DNA of 64,000 nucleotides, taken from the NCBI GenBank assembly GCA_029856045.1, contig JAHQWG010000016.1, positions 256,001-320,000 on the forward strand, given 5' to 3'. Positions 32,144 to 42,087 of the stretch are shown piece after piece. The stretch is from Promethearchaeia archaeon. GTDB taxonomy: Archaea; Asgardarchaeota; Lokiarchaeia; Sigyniarchaeales; SOKP01. Numbering within the stretch: the first letter of the stretch is position 1; every line of letters starts with the position of its first letter. A model generated the notes under the pieces. It searched no databases. It had not been told where the DNA came from and worked only from the letters and a program-made list of their open reading frames with translations. A program made the translations under genes and the position numbers.

Positions 32144-33328
32144 TTGACATACATGAAAGATATTGAAAAATCAAAAGAAAAAATTATCGAAGAATTGGAA
32201 AAAAGACTCTCCAAAGATTTAACTTATGATTCTGGATTTATATTGGGTTCTATGTGCACTGAACCCTTGAAATTTGCAACTGAAATTTATACAAAATATA
32301 TTACTAAAAATCTTGGAGACCCGGGGTTATTCCCAGGAACAATGGAACTAGAAAATGAAATAATTCAAGAGATGGGAGGTTTATTTGGATGTCGGAATGT
32401 TTTAGGAACTATAACAACTGGTGGAACTGAGTCTAATATAATTGCTATGAGAATTGCAAGAAACTTGTTTAAAAATAAAAAAAATCCAGAATTCATTGTT
32501 CCTGCATCAGCGCATATTTCATTTGATAAAGGTGCAGAATTATTAAAAATTGCCCTAAAAAAAGCAAAATTAAAGAAAGATTTTTCCTTGGATTTAAATC
32601 ATCTTTCATCTCTTATATCCGAAAATACGATTGGTCTTGTAGGTGTAGCTGGAACAACTTCATTAGGTTTAATTGATCCTATCGATAAACTCGCAAATAT
32701 ATCAGAAGAAAATAATTTATTTCTACATGTGGATGCCGCATTTGGTGGCTTTGTCCTTCCTTTTTTAAAAGAATTGGGATATAAAATCCCAAGCTGGGAT
32801 TTTTCAATAAAAAATGTATTATCAATAACTGCAGATCCTCATAAAATGGGCTTAGTTCCTATTCCAAGTGGAGGTTTTCTAATAAAACCATCATCATTTT
32901 ATGAAGAATTTGGATATGAAATCCCTTATCTTGCAGGTGGGGGGTTCAAACATTTTAATATTATTGGAACTCGAATAGGAGCTTCAGCAATCGCGTTTTG
33001 GGCTTTATGGAACTATTTAGGAAGGGAAGGATATAAAAATATAGTAAAGGAATGTATGGAAACAACATTTTATTTCATGAAAAGAATCGATGAAATATCC
33101 GGCATCAAGGTTGTTGTTAAACCAATTATGAATATTATCGGAATAACTACAGAGAATGGTGAAAATATTAAAATCATCGATAAGGAATTAAGAAAAAAAA
33201 AATGGAAGCTAGGTTTATTTAATAATTTAAAAATATTGCGAGCAGTAATTATGCCACACGTAAAAAAAGAGCATATCGATAAATTTTGCATTGATTTAGA
33301 ACTAATCACGAAAAAATTATTCAATTAA
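32144..33328 (+). CDS. mfnA: Tyrosine/aspartate decarboxylase MfnA (group II PLP)
   Basis: ILGSMCT.P, NLGDPGLFPGT, GGTESN, HVDAAFGG, ADPHKMG. Confidence 0.88.
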   Translation: MTYMKDIEKSKEKIIEELEKRLSKDLTYDSGFILGSMCTEPLKFATEIYTKYITKNLGDPGLFPGTMELENEIIQEMGGLFGCRNVLGTITTGGTESNIIAMRIARNLFKNKKNPEFIVPASAHISFDKGAELLKIALKKAKLKKDFSLDLNHLSSLISENTIGLVGVAGTTSLGLIDPIDKLANISEENNLFLHVDAAFGGFVLPFLKELGYKIPSWDFSIKNVLSITADPHKMGLVPIPSGGFLIKPSSFYEEFGYEIPYLAGGGFKHFNIIGTRIGASAIAFWALWNYLGREGYKNIVKECMETTFYFMKRIDEISGIKVVVKPIMNIIGITTENGENIKIIDKELRKKKWKLGLFNNLKILRAVIMPHVKKEHIDKFCIDLELITKKLFN

Positions 33329-33583
33329 CCTAATTCTTTCCATGAGTCAATAAGAGTATTTTCTTTCTTACTTTCCAGATACTTCAGAAATTATATTTAA
33401 TCTTTTTAAAAATAAGATGATCTGATTTATTTTCCTTTTCAAAAACAAATATTTAATCTTGCTTATTCTATTTTAAATTATTTTTTTAATAATATCTTTT
33501 GAAATTTATCATTTATAAATACAAAATTTTATTTATAAGAATTACAAATTTATTTTCATTGAACTACCATTGAAAAATTAAAA

Positions 33584-34564
33584 ATGGCTAAAAAAAAAGA
33601 AAAACTTTCTGCAAAGATAAAAACTTCACGGTATTGGACAAAGACATGTTCTAATCCAAAATGTAATTTTGAATACCCTAATTGGTTTACTAGCTGTCCA
33701 AAATGCCATACACCATGGACACAATCAACATCCACAGATATTAATAAATTTGATAAAATACCATCTAAAAAAACAATTAAAATTGTAGTTAAAATTACTG
33801 ATGAATCTCCAGAAAATCCTATTGTTTATGTAAGACTTAGATTTACAGCTGATGGAGGAAATTCTTGGTTTCAAGTACCTATGGAAAAACATCAAGATTT
33901 TTATCTTTCAGAAATCGAAGAAATGCCTTTAGGATCAAAAGTAATATATTATATTGAAGCAGAAGATGCTTCTGGTGAAATTTACATTGAAAATAATGAC
34001 GGAAAATATTTTGCCTATTATGTTGAGCCTCAACCAGCTGTAAAACAAAACACAGTTAAAGATCAGAAAAAAATTGGACAAGCACCATTCGAAGGGGAAG
34101 TCTTGGATAAACCATTTCTCTATGAAAGTCAAAATCTTAAAAAAACTATTAATGCACTTGAAAAAAAAACTCAACAAATATTTTCACAAATACAAACACA
34201 AAGCAAACCCCCTCAAGAAGAAGTGATTTTTCAAGATAAATCTCAACCTCAACCTGTAAAAAAAGGAAGCCCCCTTCATCCCGTAAAGGTTCCACAAAAA
34301 GGTAGTCCCATAAAAAAAAGCCAAGTTCAACCTGTAAAGATTCCTCAAAAAAATAATTCGGTTCAAGCTCCACCTCAACAAGAAATCATAAAACAAAAAT
34401 TACAAGAACCAAAACAACCAAAAATTCAAAATAATGAATTAACTATATTCGGGAAACCACAACGAAAAATTGATGAAAATCTTAAAGTGTGTCCGAATTG
34501 CCAAAGTAAAATTAAATCTATTTGGACTTCATGTCCAATATGCGGATATAGAGAGACAAGTTAA
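33584..34564 (+). CDS. Protein with an N-terminal Zn ribbon, an Ig/CBM-like beta domain, a Q/P/K-rich linker and a C-terminal Zn ribbon
   Basis: CSNPKC...CPKC; F..DGG..W..VPM...YYIEA.D...NN.G..F; CPNC...CPICG. Confidence 0.6.
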   Translation: MAKKKEKLSAKIKTSRYWTKTCSNPKCNFEYPNWFTSCPKCHTPWTQSTSTDINKFDKIPSKKTIKIVVKITDESPENPIVYVRLRFTADGGNSWFQVPMEKHQDFYLSEIEEMPLGSKVIYYIEAEDASGEIYIENNDGKYFAYYVEPQPAVKQNTVKDQKKIGQAPFEGEVLDKPFLYESQNLKKTINALEKKTQQIFSQIQTQSKPPQEEVIFQDKSQPQPVKKGSPLHPVKVPQKGSPIKKSQVQPVKIPQKNNSVQAPPQQEIIKQKLQEPKQPKIQNNELTIFGKPQRKIDENLKVCPNCQSKIKSIWTSCPICGYRETS

Positions 34565-34577
34565 TTAAACTAATGGA

Positions 34578-35996
34578 TTAAAGCTTTGCTCCGCAACGAT
34601 TGCAAAATTTATATGCCTTAGATAGAACAGCTCCACAATGCTGACATATGATCATCTCTTTCTTTCTTACTTTTTCCTTTTCACTCTTTTTTTCTTTCTC
34701 TTTGGATTTTTTCTTTTCCTTATGTTTTTTCTTAATTTCTTCTGCATTGGGAATTACTCTTAATGTTGCATCTGAAATAGGAGTAGATGGCTCTTTTTTC
34801 TCAGACATAAATGGAATAAAATTACCAATTGATTCTGGAGCTCCCTCAATTTCTCCTTTCTTTTTGCTTGCTTCACTTAACGTTTGAAAAAAATCCCCTT
34901 TAGAAGAATTTTCTTGAGGTAAATATTGCGTTAAGGAAGGGCTTTTTGATGGTTCTAATTCTGAAAATAAAATTGGTTTATAATTTTCTGCTTTTGGTGA
35001 TTCTGACTTAGGAATTAGTTGTTCAGACTCGTCTTGTTTAGGTGGTTTTGGTGCAGGAGATATTGGTTGAAAACCAGGAGGAGGTGGAACAGGTTTTGGA
35101 GTTTTTTCTGAAAATGGTACTCCTTTAGGAGTAAAAGTCTCTTGTTCGAAAGCAGCTGGAGAAATAGCATCTTTTGGAATTTCTTGAGTCGGAGACATCT
35201 TAATTGCAGGTTCAGGAACAGGTGGTGCAGAAAATGCGGGTTCAGGTTCTGGTTCAGGTTCAGGTTCAGGTTCAGGAACAGGTGGTGCAGAAAATGCGGG
35301 TTCAGGTTCAGGAACAGGTGGTGCAGAAAATGCGGGTTCAGGTTCAGGTTCAGGAACAGATGGTGCAGAAAATACGGGTTCAGGTTCAGGAATAGATTTT
35401 GGGTGCATTGCTATCATCCCTGGTTTTAATAATTCTTTTTGACCAAGCAATTCTTGTGGAACTTCAAGTCCCATCATTAAATAAGCTAGAATCGCGAAAC
35501 AGTCACTCACATTTTCTCCTGATTTTGCACTAGTTTCTAAATAATAAAACTTAAATTTTTGTGAAAATAACTCTATATCGCTTTCACTGACTGCTCTTTC
35601 ATTAATTAAATCACTTTTATTACCAATAAGTAACATGGGAATATCGCTTTTAGAATTTGATTTAATTTCTTCAATCCAATTTGGTAAATGTTCGAAACTT
35701 TCAATATTGGTTAGATCAAAAACTAATAACGCACCTAATGCTCCTCGATAATACATTGGTCGCACTGAAGAAAATCGTTCCTGACCTCCAGTATCCCATA
35801 ATTGAAGTTTACATTTTTTAATACCCTCTAAAGTTTGAATCTCTATAGTCTTTATATGAAAATCGACGCCTATCGTCAATTTATAATCCTGTTCGAAGAA
35901 ACCTTTAGTAAAACGTATTGTAAGTGCGGTTTTTCCTACACCTCCGTCGCCTGTAACAATAGCCTTAAAAAGGAAATCATATTCAGTAGCTGACAT
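34578..35996 (-). CDS. Rab-like GTPase with a Pro/Glu-rich repeat linker, a basic stretch and a C-terminal Zn ribbon
   Basis: GDGGVGKT, TIGVDF, LWDTGGQERF, YYRGA, NKSD, ETSAK; C-terminal CQHCG...FCNRCG. Confidence 0.9.
   Translation of the reverse strand: MSATEYDFLFKAIVTGDGGVGKTALTIRFTKGFFEQDYKLTIGVDFHIKTIEIQTLEGIKKCKLQLWDTGGQERFSSVRPMYYRGALGALLVFDLTNIESFEHLPNWIEEIKSNSKSDIPMLLIGNKSDLINERAVSESDIELFSQKFKFYYLETSAKSGENVSDCFAILAYLMMGLEVPQELLGQKELLKPGMIAMHPKSIPEPEPVFSAPSVPEPEPEPAFSAPPVPEPEPAFSAPPVPEPEPEPEPEPEPAFSAPPVPEPAIKMSPTQEIPKDAISPAAFEQETFTPKGVPFSEKTPKPVPPPPGFQPISPAPKPPKQDESEQLIPKSESPKAENYKPILFSELEPSKSPSLTQYLPQENSSKGDFFQTLSEASKKKGEIEGAPESIGNFIPFMSEKKEPSTPISDATLRVIPNAEEIKKKHKEKKKSKEKEKKSEKEKVRKKEMIICQHCGAVLSKAYKFCNRCGAKL
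35209..35391. repeat. Coding tandem repeat: four GG(A/T)ACAG(G/A)TGGTGCAGAAAAT(G/A)CG-type units separated by variable GGTTCA hexamer runs
   Basis: Visible directly in the sequence; on the minus strand it encodes (PE)n-P(A/V)FSAP(P/S)V four times. Confidence 0.9.
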
Positions 35997-36497
35997 TTTA
36001 TAATTCTTCCTCCAAAAACATAATATTATTTCCTAAACAAATCATAATCTTAAAAAACGACAATTTAAGAAAAATTAAATTTAAATGATATTTCGTTCAT
36101 TTTAATGTTAAAAATATTTACTATGATATTTACTATGTAATATATCACATGTATGAATTTATATTTTAATATTCTTATTTACAAAAAAAAATGAAATCTT
36201 ATACACAACTCGTGTCTCTTTATATTAAATTTTAATTTTAATATAACCAAAGATAAAAATATTCCTTTAATTTGATTTAATTAAATTTTTTCTTTTCTAC
36301 ACCCTTCTTAATTTTTAATTCTTTTTGGATATTTTTCAAAATGAAAGTATTTTAAAGTAGTGATAAAATTACTAAAACTAAAATATTTGATTTATTAAAA
36401 ATCATAAAATTGAAAATAATAAAATTATTATTTAGAACTGATAAGATTTTATTGATAACTTTATTTTTTAAATGGAATAAAATGGTTTTTTATAAAA

Positions 36498-37835
36498 ATG
36501 ATAAGAAAAAATAATGCACCCGTATTACAAATAGCTCTTGACTTAGTAAATTTACATAGAGCTTTACAAATAGCAGAAGAAGCAATCAAAGGAGGAGTAA
36601 ATTGGATTGAAGCCGGAACTCCACTTATCAAATCCGAAGGCATGAACGCTGTAAGAAAATTAAAAGAGAAGTTTCCTAACCATACAATTGTAGCAGATAT
36701 GAAGACTGTAGATGGAGGTTCTGCAGAAATAGAAATAGCTGCTAAGGCAGGAGCTGGAGTTGTCCTCATGTTAGGAGTAAGTGATAATACATCAATCCGT
36801 GAAGCAATTCTTGCCGGTAAGAAATATGGTGTTAAAATTGGATGTGATTTGATTGATATTGATGAAGAAAAATTTATAGAAAGGGCGTTAGAATTAGAAG
36901 AAATGGGCGTGGATATCATTTGTGTACATGTGGGTGTTGACCAGCAAATGATCTATGGTGGTAAGAAGACTATCGAATTAACAAGAAAAGTTGCGGAAAG
37001 ATTAAATCCAACAACTCTTGTTGCAACCGCTGGAGGATTAAATAGTGAGACTGCTAATGAAGCAAGAGAAGCTGGAGCAGATATTATAATTGTTGGAGGT
37101 GCTTTATATAAAGCAAAAAGTCCTGAAGAATCTGCAAGAACAATTTTGAAAGCAATCAATGAAGCCAAATCTATCAAAACTGATTTATTCAAAAAATATA
37201 GTGAAGAAGAATTATATAAAGTTTTTATGAAAGTATCCACGCCAAATGTTTCAGATGCGATGCATAGAGAAGGAGAAATGCAAGGATTATTCCCCATTTG
37301 GATTGGAACTGATAAAGAACCATTAAAATTTGCAGGTAAAGCTGTTACAGTTCGAGCATATAACGGAGATTGGTCCAAGCCCGTGGAAGCTATTGATGTT
37401 GCACAAGAAGGAGAAGTTATTGTTATTGATGCTTGTGAAGGAAAAGATGCAGTTTGGGGTGAACTTGCATCATGGAGTTGTAAACAAAAAGGAATCGCTG
37501 CAGTAGTTATTGATGGTGCGATAAGAGATGTTGATGATATAAGAGAAATAAAATTCCCCGCATTTGCTAGATATATAACACCCACTGCTGGAGAACCACG
37601 AGGTATGGGAGAAATTAACACATCAATTGAATGTGGAAACCAAAAAATTGAGGCTGGAGATTGGATCATTGGTGATCAATCCGGAGTTGTAGTAGTTCCT
37701 AAATATAAAGCAAAGGAAATTGCAAATAGAGCTATTGATGTGTTAGAAAAAGAAAACCGAATCAGAGAAGAAATTCAGCGAGGTTCTACTTTATCGAAAG
37801 TAATAAAACTTAAAAAATGGGAAAAATTTGGCTGA
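36498..37835 (+). CDS. hxlA: 3-hexulose-6-phosphate synthase fused to an RraA/HMG-aldolase (MenG-like) domain
   Basis: LQIALD, IEAGTPLIK.EG, ADMKTVDGG, HVGVDQQ; then STPNVSDA, AVWGELA, IDGAIRD, GD..G. Confidence 0.88.
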   Translation: MIRKNNAPVLQIALDLVNLHRALQIAEEAIKGGVNWIEAGTPLIKSEGMNAVRKLKEKFPNHTIVADMKTVDGGSAEIEIAAKAGAGVVLMLGVSDNTSIREAILAGKKYGVKIGCDLIDIDEEKFIERALELEEMGVDIICVHVGVDQQMIYGGKKTIELTRKVAERLNPTTLVATAGGLNSETANEAREAGADIIIVGGALYKAKSPEESARTILKAINEAKSIKTDLFKKYSEEELYKVFMKVSTPNVSDAMHREGEMQGLFPIWIGTDKEPLKFAGKAVTVRAYNGDWSKPVEAIDVAQEGEVIVIDACEGKDAVWGELASWSCKQKGIAAVVIDGAIRDVDDIREIKFPAFARYITPTAGEPRGMGEINTSIECGNQKIEAGDWIIGDQSGVVVVPKYKAKEIANRAIDVLEKENRIREEIQRGSTLSKVIKLKKWEKFG

Positions 37836-37856
37836 AAACATCTTTAAATAATTAGA

Positions 37857-38813
37857 TTAAAAGATTATCTTTTTTACTTCTTCTAAAAGAGTTGGTAAAT
37901 TAGATTTGATTAAATCGACATTTCCTTCTTCCCTAGTTGATTTTAAGCTTAAAAATAACCGTATTGTTTTTTTCTCACCTTTTGTTGGATGAATTATGAA
38001 GGTTTTAACATATGTGAAATTATCCTTGAAAAAATCTAACTTCTCATCAATTTTAACTTTATTATTTATTAAAGCTTGAAAAAATTCGAGATCTTCATTT
38101 AGTTTAGGTATTATTTTTATATCATACTCTTTTAAATCAATTACATCCTTATAATAATCGGAAATAATCAATCCTTTATGAGAGAATAATAAAACATAAT
38201 CGCAAGAGAAATTTTCTGCGAATTCTTTTAATTTATTATCCGCACTTTCTAAAAAAAGAATTTTATTCAAAGAAGAGGATAATGCTTTTGTGAGAGAGTA
38301 AATATTATAAATAGATGTATCGAAAAATCGAAAATTCATTTTAGGATTTGATTTTTGAATTAAATCTACTAACATTCTTTTCCTTTCTTTGAACTCTTCA
38401 AGGTTTTTATAATTGGGATCGAATTTATGAAAACAAATATTTATCTCATTATTATATTCCAGGTTTCGAAAAATATTTAATAATTCATGTAAATAATTAA
38501 CAGAAGTTTCGAAACGCATTTCATCTTGGATATCAATTAAATATAATATTGCATCAGTATCCTCAAAATATATAGGGTGATTTACGTAAATATTTCTAAA
38601 TTTCTCTTGTCCTCCCATATCCCATAAATTCAATTGATGTTTTCTTAAGATTATGCAAGTAGAATAATCTATCTTAATGGTTGGTTTTAAGTCTTCAATC
38701 TTCTCCCAGAAATTATATTTCTTCCTTATCGCAATTAAATAACTGGACTTTCCTGCATTATCTAATCCTGAAAGAATGATCTTATATTCCTTCAAATCAC
38801 TATGTTGCGCCAT
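37857..38813 (-). CDS. Rag/Gtr-like (Arf-related) GTPase with a C-terminal roadblock-like domain
   Basis: GLDNAGKS, WDMGGQ, HKFD, DTSIY; C-terminal YVLLFSHKGLIISD. Confidence 0.78.
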   Translation of the reverse strand: MAQHSDLKEYKIILSGLDNAGKSSYLIAIRKKYNFWEKIEDLKPTIKIDYSTCIILRKHQLNLWDMGGQEKFRNIYVNHPIYFEDTDAILYLIDIQDEMRFETSVNYLHELLNIFRNLEYNNEINICFHKFDPNYKNLEEFKERKRMLVDLIQKSNPKMNFRFFDTSIYNIYSLTKALSSSLNKILFLESADNKLKEFAENFSCDYVLLFSHKGLIISDYYKDVIDLKEYDIKIIPKLNEDLEFFQALINNKVKIDEKLDFFKDNFTYVKTFIIHPTKGEKKTIRLFLSLKSTREEGNVDLIKSNLPTLLEEVKKIIF

Positions 38814-38903
38814 TTTTTAAAACATCTTGAATTTTTCATAAAATATTTTTATAATTTAATTAAGTATAATGAAATAAATAATGATATATATTTTATTATT
38901 TAA

Positions 38904-39884
38904 ATGGCTGATTTTATTGGCATTTTATTGACAATTGACGCAATCTTTTCATGGGCTTTTGCCAGTTTAGTATATAAATTCGGCTTACAAAAAATAGAAG
39001 CTCCGCAAGCTCTTTTACCTAGGTTATTATTTGTTTCCCTCTTTACTTTTGTTATATCCTTGTTCTTTGGAAATTATTTCATATTCACTGGATTGAATTT
39101 TCAACAATTAATGGATTATTTTATCGCTTGTATTATTTCTGGAGCTACCGTTACAATTGGAGATCTTCTATATTTTCATTCATTAAAAAAAATTGATGCT
39201 TCTCGAGCTTATCCCCTAAGTTCATTATCTTTAGTTTTTGTTTATCCATTCGCAGCAATCTTTTTTGGAGAAATAATCACATTTTCAATTATGATAGGGG
39301 GCATTATTATTTTAATAGGTGCTTTTTTTTTAAGTTCAAAAGATATCCCTAAGAATGAAATATTAAGCTCAAATAATGTAAATAAAAACTCTAATAACCT
39401 AGAAAATAAAATCGAAGTAAAACAAAAATTATCTGAAGATTTATTCATAGGAGTAATTTTAGCTTTGTGTACGGCATTCTTCTGGGCTTTAGCAATTATT
39501 TCATTCAATCAAGCCAGAATTCTCGCAAACGGAGAAGTTTTTGCTACAAATTTTTTTCGAATTATAAGCGCAACAATATTCATTTCCATACTAGGAATGT
39601 TTAAACACAAATATTATGAAGGATTTAAAAAAGAAAATAGAATCCATGTAAAATATTTTATTTATATAGCTATTGCTGGCTCATTATCTTTGGGTTTTGC
39701 AGATTCATTGTTCTATAAAGCGGCTGAAATAAATGGATTAATATTAACTTCTACAATAACTGCAAGCACACCTTTAATTCAACAACTTGCCTCAGTTTTA
39801 ATATTAAAAGAAAAATTTCGTAAGAGATTTTTAATTGCCGTAATACTAATTATTTTAGGAAATTACATTATAATTTTCTTATAA
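38904..39884 (+). CDS. DMT/EamA family transporter
   Basis: Two repeats of about five TM helices, each ending in F/L-x-E (FFGE, ILKE). Confidence 0.85.
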   Translation: MADFIGILLTIDAIFSWAFASLVYKFGLQKIEAPQALLPRLLFVSLFTFVISLFFGNYFIFTGLNFQQLMDYFIACIISGATVTIGDLLYFHSLKKIDASRAYPLSSLSLVFVYPFAAIFFGEIITFSIMIGGIIILIGAFFLSSKDIPKNEILSSNNVNKNSNNLENKIEVKQKLSEDLFIGVILALCTAFFWALAIISFNQARILANGEVFATNFFRIISATIFISILGMFKHKYYEGFKKENRIHVKYFIYIAIAGSLSLGFADSLFYKAAEINGLILTSTITASTPLIQQLASVLILKEKFRKRFLIAVILIILGNYIIIFL

Positions 39885-39908
39885 AAGATTGATAATATTT
39901 TTTTAATT

Positions 39909-40343
39909 ATGAGTGAAAAAGGCTATAAATTTCTCGACCATATCTCAGACGTCCAAGTTAATTGTTGGGGTTTAGATCTAAAAGAAGCGTTTTCACAAGC
40001 AGCACTAAGTTTATTTGATACGATTACAGACATCAGAAAAATTGATAAGAAAATCTCAAAATCGATTCAAATTACAGCAGAGGATAAAGAGTCCCTACTA
40101 TTTGATTTCTTAAGTGAATTTTTATATATTTTTGATACTGAAAACCTGATTTTTTCCGAGATTAAAGTGATTAATATTGATGAAAGTCATGATGGATATA
40201 TGCTAAATGCCCAAGTAATAGGTGATTTTTTTGATTTGAAAAAGCATTCAAGCGGAATAGAAGTTAAAGCAATAACGTATTCATACATGAAAATTGAAGA
40301 AAAAAAAAATAAAACAATAATTGAAGTAATTTTTGATATCTAA
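39909..40343 (+). CDS. Archease
   Basis: YKFLDHISD, EVKAITY, C-terminal FDI. Confidence 0.93.
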   Translation: MSEKGYKFLDHISDVQVNCWGLDLKEAFSQAALSLFDTITDIRKIDKKISKSIQITAEDKESLLFDFLSEFLYIFDTENLIFSEIKVINIDESHDGYMLNAQVIGDFFDLKKHSSGIEVKAITYSYMKIEEKKNKTIIEVIFDI

Positions 40344-41812
40344 CCTTTGACTACGCCTATAGGAACTAATCTTACAATCTTTTTGACTATTCCAAGATCA
40401 TGACTAACTTGAACGACCTGATCGATATTCTTATAAGCGCCGGGTGCTTCTTCTGCTAAAACTTTCATTGAAGCTGCTTCAACTGTAATTCCATGTCTAG
40501 CCAGATCATCCTTGATTTTTTCGCCCCAGAATTTTTTCTTCGCTTTTGATCTAGATAATTGCCGACCAGCTCCATGTGCGGTTGATCCGAAAGATAACTC
40601 CATAGCCTTTGGTCCTCCAACACATAAATAACTTGCTGAACCCATAGTGCCTGGGATCAAAACCGGTTGCCCCACTGCTTTATATTCTTCGGGAATTTGG
40701 GGATGACCGGGAGGAAAGGCTCTTGTTGCACCTTTTCTGTGAATATTTAATTTCATTTTCTTACCATTAATTTCATGCTCTTCAATTTTTAAAATGTTAT
40801 GACAAACATCGTATATTAAATTTAATCCAAGTTCTATCGGATCTTTTTTTAAAATTTCCTTAAATGATTCCCTAACCCAATGTGTAATTAATTGACGATT
40901 ATTCCACGCAAAATTGGCAGCACAAGCCATCCCACTTAAATAATCTTTTGCTTCTGGTGTATCTGCCTTAAGATAAGCAAGCTCCCTATCAGGAACTACA
41001 ATTCCATATTTCTGCATAGCCTTATCAAATATTCTTAAATAATCTGTTGCAATTTGATGCCCCATTGCTCTCGAGCCAGTGTGCACCATCACTGTAACTT
41101 GCCCTTTTTCTTCTATCCCCAATATTTTTGCAATAGATGCATCATAAATTTCATTTACTTCCTGAATTTCTACAAAATGATTTCCAGATCCCAATGAGCC
41201 GATTTGGCGGATTCCCCTCTCCTTAGCTCTTCTTGAAACCTTGTTAGAATCGGCTCCCTTCATACATCCATTTTCTTCACAAAATTTTCTATCCTCTGGG
41301 TATCCATATCCATTTTCTATCGCCCAGTTCACACCATTTTCTAAAGCTTTATCTAAATGATCATAATTAATATTTAATTTTCCTTTGGAACCCAATCCAC
41401 TCGGAACATTTTTGAAAAGAGATTTAACCAAATGTGGTAATGCATTTCTTATTTCTTCCCTTTTTAGATCTGTGCGGAGGAGTCTGACCCCGCAATTAAT
41501 GTCATACCCAACACCACCAGGTGAAACCGCCCCCGTTTCTGCATCTGTTCCAGCAACGCCGCCGATACAGAAGCCATAACCTTGATGTGCATCACTTAAA
41601 GCAATAACATGTTTTACTATTCCATCTAAACATGCTACATTAGTTATTTGATCAAGAGTTTTATCTTTCCTTATATTTTCCATTAAAAAATCATTTGCAT
41701 AAACTATTGCAGGCACTTTCATTTGAAATTTTTTTGTTTCGCCGTATATTCTAGAAAATTTTGCTTGAGGAGATATTAAAAAAATATTTTCTGAAATTTT
41801 TTTTATGTCCAT
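40340..41812 (-). CDS. rtcB: RNA-splicing ligase RtcB
   Basis: DAHQGYG, GYDINCG, GSGNHF, HTGSR, HRKGATR, HGAGR, EEAPGAYK. Confidence 0.97.
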   Translation of the reverse strand: MDIKKISENIFLISPQAKFSRIYGETKKFQMKVPAIVYANDFLMENIRKDKTLDQITNVACLDGIVKHVIALSDAHQGYGFCIGGVAGTDAETGAVSPGGVGYDINCGVRLLRTDLKREEIRNALPHLVKSLFKNVPSGLGSKGKLNINYDHLDKALENGVNWAIENGYGYPEDRKFCEENGCMKGADSNKVSRRAKERGIRQIGSLGSGNHFVEIQEVNEIYDASIAKILGIEEKGQVTVMVHTGSRAMGHQIATDYLRIFDKAMQKYGIVVPDRELAYLKADTPEAKDYLSGMACAANFAWNNRQLITHWVRESFKEILKKDPIELGLNLIYDVCHNILKIEEHEINGKKMKLNIHRKGATRAFPPGHPQIPEEYKAVGQPVLIPGTMGSASYLCVGGPKAMELSFGSTAHGAGRQLSRSKAKKKFWGEKIKDDLARHGITVEAASMKVLAEEAPGAYKNIDQVVQVSHDLGIVKKIVRLVPIGVVKG

Positions 41813-42087
41813 AATAAGTTTATAAGATTAAAAAACATAAAAAAATTCTTTATAAAATAAAAAAAAAATCCATCTTTTTCTTAATTCATAGGAATTTAAT
41901 CCCTATTGAAAAAAAAATCTTAAAAAAATCTTAGTACAGCATGGTATTACTTCATTATTTCCTCACAAAATAAAGATTTAAAGAATATATGAATAAAATA
42001 TTTTTTTAAATACAATTATAAATACAATTTTTTATTAATTATTTAAAAATAAATGAAGTTATTTTCTAGTTTATAGGTGTATCTAAC

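Noticed and set aside
35142-35429. Plus-strand ORFs with RFRF or VQVQ repeats, or a CRISPR-like array
   Set aside because: These are alternative-frame readings of the Pro-Glu coding repeat in the Rab-like gene, with no unique spacers.
36114-36137. Perfect 12-bp tandem duplication ATATTTACTATG x2
   Set aside because: Only two copies in very AT-rich DNA, so no function can be supported.
36461-37669. Long antisense ORFs (152 aa and 238 aa)
   Set aside because: They are shadows of the well-supported hps-RraA gene and have no motifs of their own.
36498-37835. HPS-RraA fusion as a novelty
   Set aside because: The fusion is already known from other archaea.
39909-41812. Archease-rtcB pairing as a novelty
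   Set aside because: This is a well-known functional and genomic association; only the convergent orientation is slightly unusual.
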